Source of the DNA: Candidatus Dormiibacterota bacterium | GTDB lineage: Bacteria; Acidobacteriota; Terriglobia; Acidiferrales; UBA7541 | Direction of reading: 5' to 3' | Assembly: GCA_035534415.1 (NCBI GenBank) | Contig: DATLSB010000164.1 | Span: forward strand, 445 to 64,444 | DNA: 64,000 nt | Part shown: positions 8,601 to 15,846 of the stretch, in pieces | Numbering within the stretch: position 1 is the stretch's first letter | Layout: each line of letters starts with the position of its first letter | Program-made: the position numbers and the translations under genes | Notes under the pieces: generated by a model | What the model was told of the DNA's origin: nothing | The model's input: only the letters and a program-made list of their open reading frames with translations | Databases searched by the model: none

Positions 8601-10242
8601 AGAAGTAACCGGTGTGACGAGCAGCTTAAACGATTCGCAGCACCCCGGCACTCTGGCAATAGTCGATCCCAATATCGGCTACTGGCCGACTGGTGCGCTG
8701 CGCTTGTTCACGCTTCCGAACGGATTGACCGAGGACACGATGTACGATGCGCGCTGGCGGCCCTGCCGGATAAATGTGAATACCTGGGGCGGATATCTGA
8801 GCGCCTGCAATCAGGCAGCATCGGGCAGCACCCTCGACCTCACGATTGGTCCGGCCGCGAATGGGAACGTCACGTCTTTGTCAGCCTTCGGAGCGCAGGT
8901 GTTCAATCGGAGTTACACTTACGACGCCGTGAACCGCCTCGCTACCATGTCCGCTCCCGGCGACGCCTGTACCGGATTGTCGTGGACCTACGACGCCTGG
9001 GGCAACCGCACCGATCAGACGGCCACGGGCGGAACGTGCGATACTTTCCAACAGTCGGTGAACGCGAACAATCAGTTCGTGAGCGGCTACCAGTACGACG
9101 CCGCCGGGAACATCACGGGCGACGGGGTTCACACCTACACCTACGATGCGGAAGACCGATTGACGGAGGTGGACGGCGGCTCGACGGCGAGCTACGTCTA
9201 CGGTCCAGACGGTCAACGGGTACAGAAAACGACCGGCGGCGTGACGGTGCAATACTTGTACGACTCTAACGGACATCAGATCGCCGAAATCAACTCATCC
9301 GGTGGCTGGAACCGCGCGGAAATTTACGCGGACAACTGGCACATCGGAACCTACAGTGGCGGGCCCAGCGGCACGACGAACTTCCTGATCTCTGATAATC
9401 TCGGCTCGACACGCCTGATGACCGGCTACCCGAGTCCGACCATTGCCGATTGCGACGACTACTACCCGTTCGGCGAGCGCATTTCCTGCGGCGCAAACGG
9501 TACGACGCCGTTCGAATTCACCGGCTACCAGCGCGATGCGGAAACGAACCTCGACAACGCCAACGTCCGCTACTTCGCTTCATCCCTGGGCCGCTTCATG
9601 TCTCCCGACCCATCGGGGTTGTCGCTGCAGAATCCCGCCGATCCGCAATCGCTAAACCTGTACAGCTACGTCCGCAATAGCCCGCTAGTCGGCACCGATC
9701 CAACGGGTATGGACGATTACTGCCTGGGGCTTGGTCCGCCGTGTGTAGACTTGGGCGATGCATTGCTTGGGGGTGCACCTAACGAAGACCCAACATTGAT
9801 GTATTTGCCCGGTGGGTGCGCGAGCTGCTTGATTAGCCAACAACCCTACACCGGGTACTTCGGCACCGACTCGATACAGGCGGCGGCAGATGCGGCAGTG
9901 GGCGTCAATGATTTGTGGAACACGATTAACATCAACACCGATCCGTGGTTCATCTCGAACGGCCCCGGTTCGGTTACCTATTATGTGCCTGATCCAAAGC
10001 AACCCGGCCAAAAGACACAAATTGGGCCGTTCCCGACACCCCCGTCGCCGCCCCCGCAGTGGGTGACTGACCTCAACCTCTTCGGCAATTCCTCAGCCCC
10101 GATACCATTTAAGGTTGGAATTACGCTTACGAAAACCTTTCAAGCCTGCATCAAACAAGTAGTGAAGGAGCTACAATCGGGGTCGCCCGCGGCGGCAAAC
10201 GGGTTTGGCCAATGCAGCATAGAAGGGGCGGTTTTCCAGTAA
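5674..10242 (+). CDS. RHS/YD-repeat polymorphic toxin with Sec signal peptide and variable C-terminal domain
   Basis: Signal peptide MKNILRSMLLIGVLSFFAGVTSAQ, with RBS AGGAG 8 nt upstream of ATG 5674. Many YDxxGN/YDALGR YD repeats. RHS core end is NLGSTRLMTG...YYPFGE...RYFASSLGRFMSPDPSGL...GTDPTGM (double DPxG motif), followed by a 176-aa tail. Confidence 0.95.
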   Translation: MKNILRSMLLIGVLSFFAGVTSAQVTTGTPKFASIGGGPDQINLANLNVHLTIPVLHKPGRGLPFDYDITYDSSIWQPVGSSGSQTWEPTNVGGFGFSFSATGKAQVSYAVLLSYCYTQLPPPWGETLTGYVYGLYYAYIDAFGTPHGFPGQVDDYVGTCGDGSPDYSGSPGTATDGSGYTASVGSSTGNLTVTARNGQLVYWTADSNNNLTVPYETDTNGNQITTNSSNQFFDTLNSSTPVLTVSGAAPSPTTFTYTAPSGGGNVSYTMKYSSYTVKTNFGCSGIAEYGPTSQNLVSEIDLPDGSKYTLTYEPTPGYSGDYTGRLASVTLPTGGTISYSYSGGNNGIVCADGSTATLTRTTPDGAWTYAHSENGAAWTTNQTDPQGNLTVMNFQGIYPTEAQVNQGQSTTLQTTYTCYNGAAAPCNSTSITLPITQVTSLPQWANGQESKTNATYNSYGLVTEEDDYDYGSGGPGPLLRKTTTSYASLGNGIVDRPSQVVVYNGSGTAVAQTDYNYDQTNPVSSGITTQHVSVSGSRGNLTEVSQYLNTTNSWVYSSNTYFDTGMVNVAYDGKNNPTTYAYSSTYAGAYPTTITNALNQSTTYAYDANSGQVTSVTDPNNQATSYTYDSMMRPAGVSYPDGGQTTYSYSPQYTGWNVATTRKVDVAGGSQTSYAWFDGLGRNGREAFPSGEEPPWNEVGDTCYNNDGLVSFTAYSYQDGGWSGPPPCNQAGDSFAYDALGRATKVAHSDDSTITTSYSGPCATVTDEQGNTKEMCSDGLGRLTEVIENPGGLNYTTNYSYDALGNLTSIVQNGSHQRTFVYDSLSRLTSSTNPESGTTTYAYDANGNVTSRTGARGITTTYSYDALNRLTEKTYSDGTTPAHYYYDAMPSWWGGIPTSNAVGRLTAEGTSADLSTWPSAQWFSYDAMGRVVGEPQWDLSDGSIYWISAGRDLLGNVTSFSNGLSTTFTYQRNAAGEVTGVTSSLNDSQHPGTLAIVDPNIGYWPTGALRLFTLPNGLTEDTMYDARWRPCRINVNTWGGYLSACNQAASGSTLDLTIGPAANGNVTSLSAFGAQVFNRSYTYDAVNRLATMSAPGDACTGLSWTYDAWGNRTDQTATGGTCDTFQQSVNANNQFVSGYQYDAAGNITGDGVHTYTYDAEDRLTEVDGGSTASYVYGPDGQRVQKTTGGVTVQYLYDSNGHQIAEINSSGGWNRAEIYADNWHIGTYSGGPSGTTNFLISDNLGSTRLMTGYPSPTIADCDDYYPFGERISCGANGTTPFEFTGYQRDAETNLDNANVRYFASSLGRFMSPDPSGLSLQNPADPQSLNLYSYVRNSPLVGTDPTGMDDYCLGLGPPCVDLGDALLGGAPNEDPTLMYLPGGCASCLISQQPYTGYFGTDSIQAAADAAVGVNDLWNTININTDPWFISNGPGSVTYYVPDPKQPGQKTQIGPFPTPPSPPPQWVTDLNLFGNSSAPIPFKVGITLTKTFQACIKQVVKELQSGSPAAANGFGQCSIEGAVFQ
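9418..9447 (+). repeat. direct repeat copy 1: ATGACCGGCTACCCGAGTCCGACCATTGCC (inside the RHS core domain)
   Basis: 28/30 identical to 11755-11784. Confidence 0.9.
9712..10239 (+). other. C-terminal variable (putative toxin) domain of the RHS protein, 176 aa, no motif recognised
   Basis: Begins directly after DPTGM: DDYCLGLGPPCVDLGDALLGG...CSIEGAVFQ. Confidence 0.6.
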
Positions 10243-10283
10243 AAAATGGACTGAAAACGGGCTACGTGCGGAGCCTCATCTCA

Positions 10284-11753
10284 ATGTGTGGGTGGCGGAA
10301 ATCCAGTGCAATAGTGTGCATGTTTTGGCTGTGCGGGGCCTCTGCATGTTTTCCCACTGCTGAGGCGCAGGATGTAAGCCCGGGGCCCATTCGTGTGGAA
10401 TCGAAGGAGGTCATTGTTCCCGTCTTGGTGCTGGACAAAAAACGCCTTCAAGATATTCGCGGCATGGACGTGCTTGCTTATATCCGGGAAGCCGACGCGC
10501 CCAATTCTCGCTTGCTAGAGGGCCTCGCTGTACGCGGTTTGGCAGTGGAGGATTTCCGAGTTTTCGATAACGGGGCGAAACAGAAGATACAGCGACTAAC
10601 GCCCGATTCCTTCGGGTTCGGCGACGAACCCGGCGCAGGGATAGGAAAATGGGAGGTCCCGGAGACGCACGCTGGCGATAGCGGCTCGGCCGTCATCCAT
10701 ATGCCGCTCTGGCCTAGCTATCTAATTGCGTACCCCAAGCCGCCCGCAACGAGCGGGAATTGCCACAAGGTTGTCGTGAAGGTTGATCGGCCCGACTCGC
10801 TGGTTTATAGCAGTGGCCGGTACTGTAACGGAAAGAACTCGCTGGCTGACCCGTTGAGGGGAACCAAAGTCGGTAACCAGATGGAAGACTTACTTAAGTC
10901 CGGGAAGAGCGGGGCCATCGGCTTGTGGCTCGATGTTTTCCCTTTCCTTGGCGGTGATGGCCGACCGGCGACCGACATCACCGTTGGATTCTATCTAAAG
11001 CCTAGGCCTGAAGACTGTGGCAAGTGGCGCCAGATTGGCGTCTTGGGGCTGATCTACGCGAAAAACAGAACCCTCGCGACGCGCTTCAGCGACATCATGT
11101 CTACCGTCGCTTTTCATGGTGTGTCGTTGCCCATGCCAGGGCCTTTGCCTCCGGGACCGTGCATAGCGCACGATGATCCTCCCAACGGGTATGAAACTGC
11201 AGTTCACCTCCCGCCGGGCAAGTACACGTTGAGCGTGATCCTCCGCGACGGGAAGAGGTTCGGCGAGGCTGAAACGCTATTCAACGTGGAAGGCAGCGAC
11301 CAGGAACATTTGGAGATTAGCGGGATCGTACTCGCGAAACAGTTCCGGCAGCTACGCGCTGAACAGAGAGAAGATGCCTCATCGGGGCGAGGATACGTGC
11401 CATTGGTGAGCAAGGGATTTGAAGTTGTTCCCACGGCGAATACGCGCTTTAGGAAGGGCGGGCCGTTTTACTTTTACTTGCAGATATACGATCCGATGCT
11501 GCTGGAGGCCCTGGTTCCGAGAGTCGAAGCACATCTGCGAATTGTGAACGTAAAAACTGGCCAAGTGGTCAAGAGCCTTGCACCAGTCAACGCGGCGTCA
11601 TACGCTAAACTTGGCGATCCAGTGATCCCCATTGGTGGAGGAATCGACATCAACGGCTTACCGAAAGGTTCCTACATGCTTGAGGCGCAAGCTACCGACT
11701 CGGCTGGCGACACTACTTCTTGGCGAACAGCCAAGTTCACGATTGAGCATTAA
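10284..11753 (+). CDS. secreted protein resembling the N-terminus of acidobacterial VWFA-related (TIGR03436-like) proteins
   Basis: Signal peptide MCGWRKSSAIVCMFWLCGASACFPTAEAQ. IRVESKEVIVPVLVLDKK...LAVEDFRVFDNGAKQKIQ matches, from memory, the conserved start of that family. No MIDAS DxSxS motif seen. Confidence 0.7.
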   Translation: MCGWRKSSAIVCMFWLCGASACFPTAEAQDVSPGPIRVESKEVIVPVLVLDKKRLQDIRGMDVLAYIREADAPNSRLLEGLAVRGLAVEDFRVFDNGAKQKIQRLTPDSFGFGDEPGAGIGKWEVPETHAGDSGSAVIHMPLWPSYLIAYPKPPATSGNCHKVVVKVDRPDSLVYSSGRYCNGKNSLADPLRGTKVGNQMEDLLKSGKSGAIGLWLDVFPFLGGDGRPATDITVGFYLKPRPEDCGKWRQIGVLGLIYAKNRTLATRFSDIMSTVAFHGVSLPMPGPLPPGPCIAHDDPPNGYETAVHLPPGKYTLSVILRDGKRFGEAETLFNVEGSDQEHLEISGIVLAKQFRQLRAEQREDASSGRGYVPLVSKGFEVVPTANTRFRKGGPFYFYLQIYDPMLLEALVPRVEAHLRIVNVKTGQVVKSLAPVNAASYAKLGDPVIPIGGGIDINGLPKGSYMLEAQATDSAGDTTSWRTAKFTIEH

Positions 11754-11754
11754 A

Positions 11755-11784
11755 ATGACCGGCTACCCGACTGCGACCATTGCC
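11755..11784 (+). repeat. direct repeat copy 2: ATGACCGGCTACCCGACTGCGACCATTGCC
   Basis: Starts 2 nt after the stop of the 10284-11753 gene. The sequence after it no longer translates as RHS core. Confidence 0.9.
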
Positions 11785-12374
11785 CTGTCGTTCGCCAAAA
11801 TGCTATTCGCGACGAGATCGACGCTGTGCCTCGCCAAATGCTGTCCGCGCCGAAGTCGATGCCGTATTGGTTCTGTCGGAGCGAGGCTGGGGGATCGCGC
11901 ACGCCGGGGGCTTGTCGGTCTCGACGGAGACGTTTCTTGCGGGCGGAAAGCGAGGCACACTTCGCGCATGGAGATCCGCAAAGTAGATCAAATTCTGCCC
12001 GAACTAGGCGGCTCTGTCGTAGCGGTGATGCAGCCCGCCGAGTCGCGGATGAGAGAGGACGCAGCCGGAACCCGCACATCGAGTTCTGCCCGCCCAGTGG
12101 CCGGTTAGCTGTGAAATGTGGCATCGGTCGCCCGTTGCTGGCAGTTAACGCAGAGCGCCCAAGAGCGCCGGAGGACGGTGCCTGCGGCACCGGGAGTAGG
12201 GAGGACACGCCGCCCCACTTTTCGGGTTGCAACGAAAACTGCGGTTTAGCTGACAAACTTCTGCGCTCGGTAACGCGTCGTCGCCGCTGCACTTAGGTTG
12301 ACAGAATTCGCTCTGAATTGCCTTTTTGAACTCCGGAGCGATTGATTCGACGGCACTTAGCGATTTGATTCTTG

Positions 12375-12419
12375 CTCATAACCCGGAGGTCGTTGGTTCA
12401 AATCCAACCCCCGCAACCA
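12375..12419 (+). tRNA. 3' half of an initiator tRNA-fMet only (anticodon loop to CCA); a fragment, not a functional tRNA; att-like remnant
   Basis: CTCATAACCCGGAGGTCGTTGGTTCAAATCCAACCCCCGCAACCA. It has a CAT anticodon loop, a CCC anticodon-stem run, the T arm GTTGG-TTCAAAT-CCAAC and the acceptor end CCCCGCA-A-CCA. It matches about 41/45 nt of the E. coli tRNA-fMet 3' half as I recall it. The upstream 30 nt cannot form the 5' acceptor, D arm or anticodon-stem strands. Confidence 0.8.
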
Positions 12420-12640
12420 AACTTTTCCTGCGACAAGCACTTCGGCTTACCCTGCAACCATCGGAATTTGCGATACTAAGCGGCGAGTCGGCCAATCGTC
12501 GTGCGTAGAAGCTCGGTTCATCCGATTGCCCCTCGCCAACCCGAGTGCAATGAAACGGTCATTGGATCACCGTTTTCGTCTCCGACCGCGTACACCCCAG
12601 GATAGGTGTTTTGGGCACAGGTCGCACAGACCACTTCATC

Positions 12641-12662
12641 TATATTCGCAGTTTCGAATATA
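12641..12662. promoter_or_regulatory. perfect 8-6-8 palindrome TATATTCG-CAGTTT-CGAATATA; candidate ArsR operator overlapping -10-like hexamers
   Basis: Ends 8 nt before the ArsR ATG (12671). No Shine-Dalgarno sequence lies between them. Confidence 0.5.
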
Positions 12663-12670
12663 CTGTGTTA

Positions 12671-13027
12671 ATGAGCGACGCACTACGCCAGTTCAAAAGT
12701 GATATTTTTCAGGGGCTCGCAAATCCTACTCGGATTGCGATCGTCGAGCTTTTGCGTGAGGGCGAGCTGCCGGCGGGAAAGCTGATTGAGCGGCTCGGCA
12801 TCGAGCAGGCGAATGCCTCGCAGCATCTGGCAGTTCTGCGGGCAAAGCAGATTGTGGTCAGCCGGAAAGCTGGGAATCAAGTCTATTACTCGATTCGAGA
12901 TCGAGCGCTGATCGACGTTCTCGATATCTTGCGACGCTATTTTTACTCCCAGCTGAGCAGCACTGTGAGCATGCTGCAGGAAGTAGCGAGCGAAAAGCCG
13001 AAGACCCGCCTGAAGACGCCCCGATGA
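12671..13027 (+). CDS. ArsR/SmtB-family transcriptional regulator (cysteine-free)
   Basis: FQGLANPTRIAIVELLREGELPAGKLIERLGIEQANASQHLAVLRAKQIVVSRKAGNQVYYSI is a winged HTH. ATGA overlap with the next gene. Confidence 0.9.
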   Translation: MSDALRQFKSDIFQGLANPTRIAIVELLREGELPAGKLIERLGIEQANASQHLAVLRAKQIVVSRKAGNQVYYSIRDRALIDVLDILRRYFYSQLSSTVSMLQEVASEKPKTRLKTPR

Positions 13028-15846
13028 GCGACGACAGCGGCTCCACACGATCGCGGGTGGATAGACTTCGCGCTGCGGTGAAAAACTCTGCTCACCTCCT
13101 GCCGGCTCAGGGCCCTATCGGCGTCTTCGTTCATCACAACACGCTGCATGCCTTTGAACACCTGCCATTCGAGGAAGCCGTTGTACGAGCCGCGCAACTC
13201 TTTGGTGCCGAACCGTACCTGAGCGAGGCGGCCTACCGGGCCGAATTGGCCCGCGGACGCATCCAGTTCGTGGACGTGGATGCTGTTCTCGATCGTGAGG
13301 CCGACTCGCTGATCTTCGCTCGACTGAACCGGAGCTCGCTTCGCAGGGCCATGATTACGCCGGGAGTCCGGGAATTCGATGCGGCAACGATTGTTTGGCG
13401 CACGGAACAGGGCGATTTGGCCAGGGACTTTCGGCGGGCAGCGTTGCGGGCGCTCTTCGAGGTATGCTTTGCCCGCACCGTAGCTCACGAAGAGGAACCG
13501 GCCCCACCTCGTCCCGTGGATGAAGTCATTCATCCGTGGCTAATCCGGCTTTGCTCGGTGTATTTGGATCAAGGCACGGCGTATTGGCCCATGCCGAATC
13601 GCGAAGGAGGGTTTTACGCAAGCGCTCGGAGACTCTTCTCCGGGCGCGGCGGAATTTTCCCCCAGTACTTGGTCGGGCTCGACGAGGAATTTCGAAGACA
13701 GAAGTGGCTTTCTTTTTCAGTGGCAGACGCGGTGCTGGATTATCTCGACAGCCAGCGTTTCCAAGAAACGGAGTGGCCGGCGATTGTGGAAGCGGAACTC
13801 CTGGCACTGCCCGGTTGGGCGGGCTTGATGCACACGCTGGAGAAAGACCCGACTCTGGCACCGCACAAAACTCTCCCGTGTTCACTCATGGACTTCCTGG
13901 CCGTGCGGCTGACGATGTCGCGGGTGGCGTCGCGCGGCGGCGCTACGGACGCGGTTCCGGAAGAAAGCCCTCTGAAGACACAGGAAAAACGGCGACTGAG
14001 CCGGACCGCGCGGGTCTATGACGCAGCCCGCGTGATCAGGCTTTCTGCTCAAGAGATAAGACGCCTGTCCGATCTCGAGTGGGCGGCGTTTGCGGCCGAA
14101 GTGAAAGCGTTCAACGGGCTGGAGCGGCGGAGAATTTTGCACCTCGCTTACGAGCGCGCGCACGAGCGCGAGATCCTTCGCGGGCTCGCGAGCCATAGGA
14201 AATACGGCAGGCTATTCGAGCTTCAAGGAAGACCTTCTGCGCAGGTGTTTTTCTGCATCGACGAGCGCGAAGAGTCGATGCGGCGCGCCCTCGAAGAGGT
14301 GGACCCGCTCCTGGAAACGTTCAGTGCCGCTGGCTACTTCGGAGTTGCTGTGGAATATAAGGGAATCGACGATCCACGCAGCGCGGCGTTCTGCCCCGTC
14401 GTGGTAAAGCCCGAACACGCCGTTTTCGAACAGCCGAAACCAGAAGACAGCAGCTTGCTTGAAAGCCACCGCTCGCGGCGAAAACTTTTGGGACTGCTCA
14501 TGCGAAATTCGTTTGTTTCGTCAAGGACGCTGGTGAGGGGATGGCTTTCGACTTCCATGCTGGGGCTGCTTTCCGCGGTTCCGCTGATCGGTCACTTGCT
14601 GGCGCCCCGAAGGTATGCACTTTTGCGCGACTGGCTGAACGGCATGTTTCTTCCGGAGCTGCGGACGGAACTGACGTTGATGCGCAACACGAAACAATCG
14701 CAAAGCGCGATGGAAGGCCTGGTGACGGGATTCGCTCCGGCCGAAAAGACCGAACGGATCTCGAGCGTGCTGCGTCCGGCGGGTCTGGTGACTGGATTCG
14801 CCCGCTTGGTAGTGGTTTTGGGCCATGGATCGACCAGCCTCAACAATCCTCACGAATCAGCACATGATTGCGGAGCTTGCGGCGGACGCCGCGGCGGACC
14901 CAACGCACGACTTTTCGCCGCGATGGCCAACCGGCCTGAGGTACGCGAGCGCTTGCGCGGAGAAGGCATCGACATTCCCGCGGATACGTGGTTCATCGGC
15001 GGCTATCACGATACCTGCAGCGACGACGTGGAACTCTTCGACGTGGATGGCGTTCCCGATACGCACCAGGTGGATGTCGATTCGATTTGCAAGTCCCTCG
15101 ATGCAGCGAGAGGGCAGAATGCACGCGAGCGCGTACGGCGATTCGAATCGTGCCCTCCAAACGCAGATGCCGAGCAGGCGCTTCGCCACGTCGAAGAGCG
15201 GAGCGAACATCTGGCGCAGCCGCGACCCGAGTACGGACATTGCACGAATGCGGTTTGCGTCGTCGGGCGCCGCGGCTTGACGCGAGGGCTATTTCTCGAC
15301 CGGCGGGCCTTCCTCGTTTCGTACGACGCCAGCCAAGACCCCGATGATTGCAGCCTAGCGGTGCTCATGGCGAGCGTGGTGCCCGTGTGCGCTGGAATCA
15401 GCCTTGAATACTACTTTTCGTTCGTGGACAACGACCGATATGGCTGTGGGACGAAGCTTCCGCACAACGTAACGAGCTTGATGGGAGTAATGGATGGCCA
15501 CGCGAGCGACCTGCGCACAGGACTCCCATGGCAGATGGTCGAAATCCACGAGCCGGTGCGGATTCTTTTTGTGATCGAGACGACGCCAGAGAGATTGCAG
15601 AAGGTCATCGACGCCAGCGCCTCGTTTAAGCAGCTCGTGAGCAATCGCTGGATTCGGCTGGCGACGATCGATCCCCAGTCGGGACGCGTTCATGCTCGAA
15701 GAGATGGCGGATTCGAGGAGTTCAACGAGGCTTTAGAACGCCTTCCCGTCGCGCTTACGTCGAACGAGTGGTATGCGGGCAAACTCCAACATCTTCCGAT
15801 GGCCTGGATTCAAACACCCCCAGTGGCGACGGGAGATGTGCTGTGA
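13024..15846 (+). CDS. dabA: DUF2309/DabA-like protein (carbonic-anhydrase-like subunit of a DAB inorganic-carbon pump)
   Basis: 940 aa. FVHHNTLHAFEHLPFEEAV, FFCIDEREES (Cys411, Asp413) and VVLGHGSTSLNNPHESAHDCGACGG (His601, Cys616). The C-x-D ... H-x14-C spacing equals the Zn-ligand pattern reported for H. neapolitanus DabA2. Confidence 0.9.
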   Translation: MSDDSGSTRSRVDRLRAAVKNSAHLLPAQGPIGVFVHHNTLHAFEHLPFEEAVVRAAQLFGAEPYLSEAAYRAELARGRIQFVDVDAVLDREADSLIFARLNRSSLRRAMITPGVREFDAATIVWRTEQGDLARDFRRAALRALFEVCFARTVAHEEEPAPPRPVDEVIHPWLIRLCSVYLDQGTAYWPMPNREGGFYASARRLFSGRGGIFPQYLVGLDEEFRRQKWLSFSVADAVLDYLDSQRFQETEWPAIVEAELLALPGWAGLMHTLEKDPTLAPHKTLPCSLMDFLAVRLTMSRVASRGGATDAVPEESPLKTQEKRRLSRTARVYDAARVIRLSAQEIRRLSDLEWAAFAAEVKAFNGLERRRILHLAYERAHEREILRGLASHRKYGRLFELQGRPSAQVFFCIDEREESMRRALEEVDPLLETFSAAGYFGVAVEYKGIDDPRSAAFCPVVVKPEHAVFEQPKPEDSSLLESHRSRRKLLGLLMRNSFVSSRTLVRGWLSTSMLGLLSAVPLIGHLLAPRRYALLRDWLNGMFLPELRTELTLMRNTKQSQSAMEGLVTGFAPAEKTERISSVLRPAGLVTGFARLVVVLGHGSTSLNNPHESAHDCGACGGRRGGPNARLFAAMANRPEVRERLRGEGIDIPADTWFIGGYHDTCSDDVELFDVDGVPDTHQVDVDSICKSLDAARGQNARERVRRFESCPPNADAEQALRHVEERSEHLAQPRPEYGHCTNAVCVVGRRGLTRGLFLDRRAFLVSYDASQDPDDCSLAVLMASVVPVCAGISLEYYFSFVDNDRYGCGTKLPHNVTSLMGVMDGHASDLRTGLPWQMVEIHEPVRILFVIETTPERLQKVIDASASFKQLVSNRWIRLATIDPQSGRVHARRDGGFEEFNEALERLPVALTSNEWYAGKLQHLPMAWIQTPPVATGDVL

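Noticed and set aside
10284-11753. Downstream 489-aa gene as a conventional RHS immunity protein
   Set aside because: Classical immunity proteins are small and cytoplasmic. This one has a signal peptide and a family-like N-terminus found widely outside toxin loci. I kept it only as a hypothesis inside the RHS finding.
12326-12508. 60-aa ORF and the possibility of a complete tRNA-Met gene
   Set aside because: The ORF simply reads through the tRNA-like sequence. No TGCGGGG-type 5' acceptor strand, D arm or 5' anticodon-stem strand can be formed from the upstream 30-40 nt, so only a 3' half is present.
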